Below are positions 1 to 6,990 of a stretch of DNA of 64,000 nt, piece by piece. The stretch is from Patescibacteria group bacterium (GTDB taxonomy: Bacteria; Patescibacteriota; Patescibacteriia; JBAZBY01), in contig JBAZBY010000001.1 in the NCBI GenBank assembly GCA_041671225.1, forward strand, positions 961,130-1,025,129. The letters are read 5' to 3'. How positions within the stretch are numbered: position 1 is the stretch's first letter; each line of letters starts with the position of its first letter. The notes beneath the pieces are model-generated. The model was not told the DNA's origin and did no database searches. It was given only the letters and a program-made list of their open reading frames with translations. A program made the translations under genes and the position numbers.

Positions 1-198
1 GTTCGCCTTTGCAATGGGCAGTGCAGAGAGCTTTTCTGCTAACTTCTCCCAATCCTGCTTTGGATAGAGGAAAAGACAGCGGTCGAGGCCTCGTGTGACC
101 ACTGCGCCGGTCTTGAGTTTTGCCTGGAACTTTTTTGGGACTGCGAGACGTCCCTTATCGTCCAGTGAATGATTGTATTCGCCAATAAACATGGCAAA
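1..198 (-). CDS. mraZ: Transcriptional regulator MraZ, N-terminal 66 codons; gene runs off the window start
   Basis: Minus-strand translation from ATG at 198: MFIGEYNHSLDDKGRLAVPKKFQAKLKTGAVVTRGLDRCLFLYPKQDWEKLAEKL..., matching the conserved MraZ N-terminus (DDKGR...P, RGLD.CLFLYP). Absent from the ORF track because no stop lies inside the window. Confidence 0.75.
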
Positions 199-261
199 AG
201 TAAATATTCAGAAGAGTCGAGGAGAAAGTCCCACAGGGATACGGTTATCCACAGTGTAAGG

Positions 262-331
262 TACTTTTCCCCACTTTTTTCCACTTTCTACCCCGTAAAT
301 CCATTCTACCCCACTTTCCCCTATTCGTCAA
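262..331 (-). promoter_or_regulatory. Pmra-like promoter (TTGACG-17-TAGAAT) with GTGGGG/GTGG direct repeats in the mraZ 5' UTR (candidate MraZ operator)
   Basis: Minus strand: -35 TTGACG at 331..326, 17-nt spacer, -10 TAGAAT at 308..303. GTGGGG at 314..309 and 274..269, GTGG at 284..281, CGGGG at 295..291, phased at roughly 10-bp multiples. MraZ is known to bind GTGGG direct repeats in its own promoter. Confidence 0.5.
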
Positions 332-354
332 ATACCCTGCCCCACCGCAAATAT

Positions 355-1126
355 GCGTATAAAAAGGAACCGGTAGGAAGAGGTTAGTCTTCATACCGGT
401 TATCCGAGACGCTGTGTCGAGTTTCCTCCACTGACTCCGTAGAATCAGTCTTCCGGGGCACAGCTCCCGAATGCGAGAAAGGGGGGTGGTTGGCACTCTC
501 AAAGTGCCCAGGTTTGCTACGCGGGAAGAAGAGCCGCGCGAAGAAGGACCTGTCGTCATGGGGACGAAACCACCTTATGGTGCCGCCAAGCACCCGCAAA
601 AAGAACGGCGAGAGTGCCACGCCCCCTTGGTGTCCTAGGAGGGCAATAGACAGGGATGTGGATCCCGCCGCCAGGATCACGTTGTGGGCTGGGGTTTTTG
701 GGCCAAGTAATCGACCGCGGTGCAAGACCTACATGGCCTGCGAACCCGAGCTGACTCTCGAAGAGTCTGCAACGTATCCTGTAATGCATGTAACGAGCTA
801 AAGAGTGGGGCTCATCCCTCATAGCGCCGTGGTCAACCAACACCTTTATGAACCATCTGTCTGCGATGTCATGGTGAGGTCAACACACGAGCGTAGAAGG
901 ATTCGCCCTCCAAAGAAGAGGCGCTTCTTGCGCACGGAGCAAGGGAGATTCTGCTTCTCTCGATTCACTCACGCGGAGTTCAGGTCGAAAGAGTGAACAT
1001 CCCTCCAGCAGCGTCAGAAGCGCCCGGGCTTCCGGACAATCACGGAGATAAACCCCACTAGCGTGGACGGGCAGGGTTTGCAAACCGCAACTGCTCGGTC
1101 GCCGAAATTGGGCATGGAAAATGTGC
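355..1126 (-). ncRNA. Candidate large (~770 nt) structured non-coding RNA of unknown class
   Basis: ~60 % GC segment with only short overlapping ORFs in all six frames, no RBS and no coherent translation. Bracketed on the minus strand by a consensus promoter (1161..1133) and an intrinsic terminator (400..357). Many local hairpins. No RNase P P4, tmRNA T-arm or group II domain V motif recognised by eye. Confidence 0.3.
357..400 (-). terminator. Intrinsic terminator (minus strand) ending the GC-rich transcript upstream of Pmra
   Basis: Plus 369..400 ACCGGTAGGAAGAGGTTAGTCTTCATACCGGT forms stem ACCGGTAG/TACCGGT with inner stem GAAGA/TCTTC. On the minus-strand RNA it is followed by UCCUUUUUAU. 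Confidence 0.5.
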
Positions 1127-1132
1127 TGGCCT

Positions 1133-1161
1133 AAGCTACCAGCTTATGACATTTTTGTCAA
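1133..1161 (-). promoter_or_regulatory. Sigma70-type promoter TTGACA-17-TAGCTT reading into the GC-rich segment
   Basis: Minus strand: TTGACA at 1161..1156, 17-nt spacer, TAGCTT at 1138..1133. Lies directly after the uvrD stop (1165..1167). The same -10 hexamer is used at 33981..33986. Confidence 0.5.
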
Positions 1162-1164
1162 GCC

Positions 1165-3249
1165 CTAGTACCCAATTTCCTCTGTATCATCCTTATTTTC
1201 GCCCTGATCCGCATCATCCCATTCAAGCTGATTCTTAAAAATCGTGCTTCCAACCCGTTCCTGATATTCTTCCTCAAGTTCCACGCGTTCAATAAGATGT
1301 GAATCTATATCTTCAAGAAATTGCGACGGCGACTGCAAGTGCATTGATGTGGTTCGCATGTTGAGCCCAAGATGATACGTCAGGAAACAATAGGTCTTTG
1401 CGCGCGTGATTGCCACATAAAAAAGACGGCGTTCTTCCTCAAGACCCCCTGCATCATCCAAAGCCTTTGCATTGGGAAATGCCCCTTCCGAAAGATTCAG
1501 CACAAAAACAACTTCCCACTCCAACCCCTTGGCCTGATGCACCGTTGAGAGCACCATGGCATCTTCATTATCGCCATCTGCCTCGCCTGTCTGCGCCATG
1601 CCAAATGACTCCTGCAGACTCACTTCCGAAAGAAACGTTCCGAGGGATGCGTATTGCTCTGCAAAAACGGCAAGCTGCTCAATATCTTCCATGCGGGATT
1701 CCCAATCGGGAAACTGATTCCGCAGATACTCCGCATAATCAGAATCCTTCACGAGTCGTATCAATACCGCGGGACCGCTCTCTCTTTGCTGCGTGAGTTT
1801 GATCGCGAGAGCCTGAAACCGCTTAAATCCCGTTGCGGAGCGCGACGTCAGCACAGAAGAAAAATCCTGGCGCAGCGCATCGGCCAGCTGCTCCTGCCTC
1901 CTGGCGATTGCCGTGAGTTTGCCGGCGCTCACGCTTCCGATGCCCATTTGCAGCGTCAACACGCGCATCCATGTCACTTCATCGTGGTTATTTTCCAGAA
2001 GGCGCAAGTGCCCGATCGTGTCCTTAATATGCGCGCGTTCAAAAAAACGCATGCCTCCGCGATATTCATACGGCACGTCACGCTTCGTCAGTTCAAACTC
2101 CAGTTGCTGTGAATGATGTGAAGCACGGAACAGCACGGCCATTTCTCTCAGTGGCACGCCTTCATCTCTCAATTCCAATATCCGTTGCGCGATAAACTCC
2201 GCTTCCTGGCTCGCAGACTGCGCGGGAATGACTTGCGGCTTCTCTCCCCCGCTCCGCACATGCACCAGCTCTTTTTCGAACTGCTTCGTATTTCTCGCAA
2301 TCACATCGTTTGCAAGATCAAGCACGGGCTGCGTGGAACGATAATTCTTCGTAAGATAAAACGTTTGTGCGTCGGGAAACTGTTTTGGAAAATCAAGGAT
2401 GTTGGCAATATCCGCGCCGCGAAAAGAATAAATGGACTGCGCATCATCCCCCACAACAAGCAGATTCTTATGATGCGACGCCAAGAGCTGCACAATATCC
2501 GCCTGAATCGTATTGGTGTCCTGATACTCATCCACCAAAACATACTGAAACTGCGCTGCGAGTTTCTTCCGCACATCATCATGCTCTTTAAGGAGTTTCA
2601 AAAGATACACGAGCATGTCATCAAAATCCATCTGATTGTTCTGCAACTTGCGTTCTTTATATGCCACGCCAATGCGTTCAAGATCCGGAATGATATCTTC
2701 AAACGCAGAACGGTATTCAAGAACCGTCTCCTTCACGGAGCTTTCTGTATTCGCGGCAAGCGAGAGAATGCCCTGAATGACCGCAGGGGAAGGAAAGCGT
2801 CGCGCTTTTGGATCAATACCAAGATCCTTCACAAGAACCTTCACGAGACTGCGAGAATCCTCTTGGTCGAGTATGGTGAAGTTATTGTGAAAGCCGAGCC
2901 GCTTCGCATGTTTGCGTAACAAAAGATTCGCCACATGGTGAAACGTGCCGCCCCAAAGGCTTTTTGGAAATGTGCCAAGCAGGCGCTCGACGCGGAAGAG
3001 CATTTCCTTGGCAGCCTTGTTCGTGAACGTGACAAGAAGGATATTCTCCGGCCGCACGCCGCGTTCGATCAAATACGCGACACGATAGACCAGCGTACGC
3101 GTTTTTCCGGAACCGGCACCTGCAATAACAAGCACAGGGCCTTCACCCTTTTCAATCACCTCAAACTGCTCCGTATTGAGCTCCTTTGAATAATCCACCG
3201 TAAACTGCGAAGGGTCGAAGGATTTTTTAATGGTATATCTTGTTGCCAT
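1165..3249 (-). CDS. ATP-dependent DNA helicase, UvrD/PcrA/Rep (SF1A) family
   Basis: Walker A AGAGSGKTRTLVYRVAYLI, motif II VLVDEYQDTN, motif VI VAITRAK. Start moved to MATRYTIKK (ATG 3249); the 13 codons upstream in the track ORF carry no RBS. Confidence 0.9.
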   Translation of the reverse strand: MATRYTIKKSFDPSQFTVDYSKELNTEQFEVIEKGEGPVLVIAGAGSGKTRTLVYRVAYLIERGVRPENILLVTFTNKAAKEMLFRVERLLGTFPKSLWGGTFHHVANLLLRKHAKRLGFHNNFTILDQEDSRSLVKVLVKDLGIDPKARRFPSPAVIQGILSLAANTESSVKETVLEYRSAFEDIIPDLERIGVAYKERKLQNNQMDFDDMLVYLLKLLKEHDDVRKKLAAQFQYVLVDEYQDTNTIQADIVQLLASHHKNLLVVGDDAQSIYSFRGADIANILDFPKQFPDAQTFYLTKNYRSTQPVLDLANDVIARNTKQFEKELVHVRSGGEKPQVIPAQSASQEAEFIAQRILELRDEGVPLREMAVLFRASHHSQQLEFELTKRDVPYEYRGGMRFFERAHIKDTIGHLRLLENNHDEVTWMRVLTLQMGIGSVSAGKLTAIARRQEQLADALRQDFSSVLTSRSATGFKRFQALAIKLTQQRESGPAVLIRLVKDSDYAEYLRNQFPDWESRMEDIEQLAVFAEQYASLGTFLSEVSLQESFGMAQTGEADGDNEDAMVLSTVHQAKGLEWEVVFVLNLSEGAFPNAKALDDAGGLEEERRLFYVAITRAKTYCFLTYHLGLNMRTTSMHLQSPSQFLEDIDSHLIERVELEEEYQERVGSTIFKNQLEWDDADQGENKDDTEEIGY

Positions 3250-3392
3250 GTGCTTCCCGCATGGTAGCATCGGCGTACCGCTGGGCACAATCCCTGTGTT
3301 GACGCATCATAAGGGAAGGCGTAGGTTCTGAGTATCACGTTCTCTTTCGCACCTTTGCACCTGCCTCACAACGGTCCCAATTGGAGGTCCCC

Positions 3393-3602
3393 ATGGCACT
3401 CACTAGCGTCCTGCTCCTTCTTCCGAGGGTACTCTGGCGGTACGTCATCGTGCCACTCTGGAACATTGTACTCGTTGGAGGACTCCTGATCATCGCCGTC
3501 GTGTTGCTGGTCGGCATCCTGCTGATACCCGGCAGAGAGCCTGACCACTACACTGACGTTTTTCTGCCCGCAGACTTCAGCCGTCCTAGGAGGGCACCAT
3601 GA
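3393..3602 (+). CDS. Small hypothetical membrane protein (2 predicted TM helices), GC-rich
   Basis: GGAGG 5-6 nt upstream of ATG 3393. Hydrophobic MALTSVLLLLPRVLWRYVIVPLWNIVLVGGLLIIAVVLLVGILLIP. Stop overlaps the next start (ATGA). GC-rich third codon positions. Confidence 0.4.
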   Translation: MALTSVLLLLPRVLWRYVIVPLWNIVLVGGLLIIAVVLLVGILLIPGREPDHYTDVFLPADFSRPRRAP

Positions 3603-4105
3603 GCTCCTATGCGCCCCTTCCCGCGGATCTCATCCTGCCGAAGAGCATCAGGAATCCCCTCCTGTTGCTGACCCTTCCGAGGCTCCGCCTCATCGAGAGA
3701 ATCGCCGGCTCTACTCTGCTGGTGAGTATGGTGGCGTTGGTGCTGGCGATTCGCTTCGGCGATGCGCTCGGTGCGTGCATGTTCCTCGCGCTCTCAGTGC
3801 TCTCCGCCGAGTACTGGTCCGGCGCCGGTGCGCTACGAATATCCGGATACTACGTCCGACTCTTCAAGCACTGCTGGATCCGGAAGGCGCTGCTCTCCAT
3901 CCCCGCCCTGCTGTATGGGGTATGGCTCATCCGGAGCCCGCACTCCGGATTCAGCGAGACCGACATCGCGGCCGGTATCGTCGTGCTGATCAGCAGCATC
4001 GCGCTGCTCCTCCCCACCTGCGACTGGAAAGGCCTCACCGATCCCTTCATCGCAGAGGACGACCCTGATTGTGCGGATGCCCGGCATCCCCGCGTCGACG
4101 ACTGA
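3599..4105 (+). CDS. Hypothetical polytopic membrane protein, GC-rich (foreign-looking)
   Basis: AGGAGG RBS 6 nt upstream. About 4 hydrophobic helices. Translationally coupled to 3393..3602. No recognisable family. Confidence 0.45.
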   Translation: MSSYAPLPADLILPKSIRNPLLLLTLPRLRLIERIAGSTLLVSMVALVLAIRFGDALGACMFLALSVLSAEYWSGAGALRISGYYVRLFKHCWIRKALLSIPALLYGVWLIRSPHSGFSETDIAAGIVVLISSIALLLPTCDWKGLTDPFIAEDDPDCADARHPRVDD

Positions 4106-4194
4106 CGCTGCCACCACCGCAGTACCCACGCTCCTTTCCCCAACAACCTTGCTTCGCAACAACGACCTCGGTTCCGCACCCGAGGTCTTGCTCT

Positions 4195-4241
4195 ATGTGG
4201 ATAACCACATCTTGACTTCGGTTTTTATTCGGTATATCCTT
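4195..4241 (+). promoter_or_regulatory. Promoter/operator region of the small-ORF-lexA operon: near-palindrome ATGTGGATAACCACAT, -35 TTGACT, direct repeat TTCG-N7-TTCG
   Basis: Palindrome at 4195..4210 contains a perfect DnaA-box 9-mer on the complementary strand. TTGACT at 4212..4217. TTCG at 4217..4220 and 4228..4231 lie between the -35 and a TATATC/TATCCT -10. The same TTCG-ATTTTTA-TTCGGTA motif recurs upstream of dinB. Confidence 0.4.
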
Positions 4242-4250
4242 CTTTCTACT

Positions 4251-4592
4251 ATGACCTACTACACCGGAATGATTATCAAAGAGAGCATTAAAGACGAAAA
4301 ACTTCTAAAGAACTTTGACGTGACCGAAGAACAGACATCAGATACCAGCGGCTGGCACATTGTGAATATCCGTATCCCCTCTCCATACATCGGCTTGGTT
4401 TTGCCAAGCATTCAATATGAGTTGAATGAAGAAGGCCGATGGTACGTTCAGCTTTCAAATGGCATGGAGCGTATTATCGTATTTGCAAAGAAAGTTTTCC
4501 GCTTCTCACGCTGGGATGTAGCCGCACAAGAAGCAGCCCGCACCTATGGCACAAGTCTTGGAATTTCAACAAAGTATCTCCGCTTTACATAA
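4251..4592 (+). CDS. Hypothetical small protein, first gene of the lexA operon
   Basis: AT-rich, host-like codon usage. The track ORF's 5' part (4071-4250) is GC-rich read-through. No SD, so possibly leaderless given the promoter just upstream. Stop at 4592 abuts the lexA ATG at 4594. Confidence 0.4.
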   Translation: MTYYTGMIIKESIKDEKLLKNFDVTEEQTSDTSGWHIVNIRIPSPYIGLVLPSIQYELNEEGRWYVQLSNGMERIIVFAKKVFRFSRWDVAAQEAARTYGTSLGISTKYLRFT

Positions 4593-4593
4593 C

Positions 4594-5226
4594 ATGGCAT
4601 ACGTTCTCCCAAGAAAAAAACAAGAAATCCTCGCATATCTCGAGGACTATATTGAAAAAGAAGGCTTTGCGCCGACACTCACAGAAATTGCAAAGCAGTT
4701 GAAAGTACACTCACTCGCAACCATTCATGAGCATCTCACATATCTTGAAGAAAGAAAGTTTATTGCTCGTGATGCACGACAGGAGCGCGGTATCCGCATT
4801 CTCAGAACGACACGCAAAACAAAAGAGTCAAGAGAAATTGGTAACGATGCGATCAGCCTTCCGTTGGTTGGTCTCATTACTGCGGGAGAGCCGATTGAAG
4901 CAATAGAAAATATCGACCGGCATATTCCCGTTGCAAAAGAAATGGTTCGCGGTAAGAACGCCTATGTCTTGAAGGTGCAGGGTGACTCCATGATCGAAAG
5001 CCTCATTCAGGATGGTGACTATGTCGTTGTTGAAAAAACAGAGTACGCACAGAATGGGGATACGGTTGTTGCATTGTTAGAAGATGGAACAGCAACGCTC
5101 AAAAAATTCTTTAAAGATAAACACTACATTCGTCTGCAACCAGCAAATAAGAAGTATAAGCCGCGTCTGGTGAAAAATCTCGTCATTCAGGGCAAGGTGC
5201 TTGGCATCATCCGTTCTTTTGCCTAA
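4594..5226 (+). CDS. lexA: LexA repressor (S24 peptidase)
   Basis: N-terminal winged HTH (LTEIAKQL). Ala-Gly cleavage region. Catalytic Ser in VQGDSMIE and Lys in LKKFFK. Start moved to MAYVLPRKKQEIL. Confidence 0.9.
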   Translation: MAYVLPRKKQEILAYLEDYIEKEGFAPTLTEIAKQLKVHSLATIHEHLTYLEERKFIARDARQERGIRILRTTRKTKESREIGNDAISLPLVGLITAGEPIEAIENIDRHIPVAKEMVRGKNAYVLKVQGDSMIESLIQDGDYVVVEKTEYAQNGDTVVALLEDGTATLKKFFKDKHYIRLQPANKKYKPRLVKNLVIQGKVLGIIRSFA

Positions 5227-5244
5227 AAAAATTTACTTTTTATC

Positions 5245-5259
5245 TTCGATTTTTATTCG
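5245..5259 (+). promoter_or_regulatory. Candidate SOS operator upstream of dinB: TTCG-N7-TTCG direct repeat
   Basis: TTCG at 5245..5248 and 5256..5259 (CTTCGATTTTTATTCGGTA). Near-identical to 4216..4233 (CTTCGGTTTTTATTCGGTA) in the lexA-operon promoter. Confidence 0.35.
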
Positions 5260-5347
5260 GTAATGACTTCTCCGCGTATGGCGGATCCGCCGAAGTCCCG
5301 CTAAAGCGGGACGAAGGCGGAGGTTTTTCTTCGGTAAAAGATATTCC

Positions 5348-6556
5348 ATGAAACCCGTTATTCTCCATTGCGATCTCGATGCCTTCTTCGCCTCTGTTGA
5401 AGAGGTGCTGCATCCCGAACTTAAGGGTAAGCCTTTGATCGTTGGTGGAAACCCAGAAAAGCACCCAAAAACGCGGGGCATCGTTGCATGCCCTTCATAC
5501 GCTGCGCGGGCGCTCGGTATTAAAACGGCAATGCCGCTTAAAAAAGCATACCGTATCGCACCGCAAGCGATCTACCTTGAAGGAAGCTTTGCTCATTACC
5601 GTCAATTCTCAGAGCGCTTCTTTCAGATTCTTGCTGAATACAGTAATCATTTGGAACCGCGTTCACTGGATGAGGCATTCATTGATGTAACGCCAATAAC
5701 CTCATGGGTGATGGCGCATGAGTTGGCACAAGAAATCCGTGACCGCGTCCGTACTGAACTCGGCCTTGCGGTAAGTATTGGTGTGGGTACAAGCAAAACA
5801 ATCGCAAAGATCGCCTCCGAAGAAGCAAAGCCTAATGGAATGTGTGTTGTACATCCTGGCACAGAAGAACGATTTCTTGCTCCCCTGCCCGCATCTGCCA
5901 TGCCCGGTATTGGCAAGCAAACCCAAAAGTACCTTCGTATGAATGGATTACATACCATAGGCGACATTGCGCGCCTACCAGAACGACGAGTGATCCAACT
6001 TTTTGGATGGCGCGGAACCATACTGCAAGATAGGGCTCGTGGAATCGATACAAGACCAGTAAAAGCTTATGAGGATGTAAAGTCCGTGGGTCACGCTCAC
6101 ACCTTCAACGACGATCTCACAGATACAAAAGCGCTGCTGAGTACCGCTTCATATCTTTTAGAAAAAGCAGCGAGTAGGCTTCGGCGCCACAATACATATG
6201 CGCATGTCATAAAAATCACCATCCGATACTACGACTTCACGACAGAAAGCAAACAGTTGCGCCTGCAACACCCAACAGATGACCAGCATTTACTGTATGA
6301 AAAAATTGAACAGCTTTTTCATGTGCTCAGAAAACCGCGCCCCATAAGACTCATCGGAGTCACGCTCAGCGAGCTCACGCCAAATCCGCGCCAGCATTCC
6401 TTCCCATTCTCACGATTGATGCGCATTCAGCATATTCAACGTGCCGTAGACACGCTCAGAGACCGCTTTGGTTTTGAAGCGGTTCTTTCTGGCAGTACGA
6501 TGCCAGTCAAACGCGCCTTTGGCAACGCTGGGCGCACGCTCTTCTATCAGCGTTGA
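5348..6556 (+). CDS. dinB: DNA polymerase IV (Y-family, DinB)
   Basis: ILHCDLDAFFASVE N-terminus, SIGVG motif, little-finger domain. Sits immediately downstream of lexA. Confidence 0.9.
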   Translation: MKPVILHCDLDAFFASVEEVLHPELKGKPLIVGGNPEKHPKTRGIVACPSYAARALGIKTAMPLKKAYRIAPQAIYLEGSFAHYRQFSERFFQILAEYSNHLEPRSLDEAFIDVTPITSWVMAHELAQEIRDRVRTELGLAVSIGVGTSKTIAKIASEEAKPNGMCVVHPGTEERFLAPLPASAMPGIGKQTQKYLRMNGLHTIGDIARLPERRVIQLFGWRGTILQDRARGIDTRPVKAYEDVKSVGHAHTFNDDLTDTKALLSTASYLLEKAASRLRRHNTYAHVIKITIRYYDFTTESKQLRLQHPTDDQHLLYEKIEQLFHVLRKPRPIRLIGVTLSELTPNPRQHSFPFSRLMRIQHIQRAVDTLRDRFGFEAVLSGSTMPVKRAFGNAGRTLFYQR

Positions 6557-6990
6557 TGCCGTATTCTTTGCGGCATTCTGCGCACCTTTGATTTGGAAAT
6601 GTTGGGTGCCTTGTGATAGCGCGGAATAAGATACACACCTGCTGTACTCCTTTTTAGAACAACTGCGCCCTTGTGCAGTAATTGCGTAAGTGAAGGAGTG
6701 CCAGAAATCTTTACCGCAGTGACAGGAATATTCTCTGAAAGCGCCAGAGCATTTGTGAGCAAAATACCAAGACGCACGCCGCTGAAGGTTCCGGCCGCAT
6801 CCCGCACAATAACGCCACTGAGATCGTTGCCTGTTGTATGCTTTTTTAAGAAACGCAAAAGCAGCGCGGTGGCATCAAGGCGCTCATCCTTTTTCGGGTG
6901 ATGCGCTTCGCTCTTTTTGATCCTGAGCCCATTGATTGAAATTCCAAAACGCAGCGTCTGCGGATCAGTAGTGTCGAGGACAAGGATCAT
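6547..6990 (-). CDS. tsaB: tRNA t6A biosynthesis protein TsaB-like (short form)
   Basis: MILVLDTT... plus AAGTFSGVRLGILLTNALAL matches the TsaB/YeaZ N-terminal ASKHA fold. Lacks the usual C-terminal half. Confidence 0.55.
   Translation of the reverse strand: MILVLDTTDPQTLRFGISINGLRIKKSEAHHPKKDERLDATALLLRFLKKHTTGNDLSGVIVRDAAGTFSGVRLGILLTNALALSENIPVTAVKISGTPSLTQLLHKGAVVLKRSTAGVYLIPRYHKAPNISKSKVRRMPQRIRHQR

Noticed and set aside
384-1083. Six overlapping ORFs (63-113 aa) in the uvrD-mraZ gap
   Set aside because: They occur in all frames on both strands without RBSs. Translations are Arg/Pro/Gly-rich, as expected from random GC-rich sequence. The region is treated as a non-coding RNA candidate.
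355-1126. RNase P RNA or tmRNA in the GC-rich segment (also tested for 37150..37375)
   Set aside because: No GGAAAGUCCGGGC / ACAGAAnCCGGCUUA P4 strands. No tRNA-like T-arm (GGUUCGAnUCC) with a CCA end. No tag-peptide reading frame.
1410-3189. Plus-strand ORFs (1410..1796, 1654..2112, 2185..2919, 2935..3189) antisense to uvrD
   Set aside because: The helicase on the minus strand has all SF1 motifs. The antisense ORFs have no motifs or RBS.
245-4210. Origin of replication suggested by perfect DnaA boxes (245..253 and 4197..4205)
   Set aside because: Only two isolated 9-mers, which is close to chance expectation. No dnaA/dnaN, no AT-rich DUE or box cluster. They are more likely incidental or promoter-associated.
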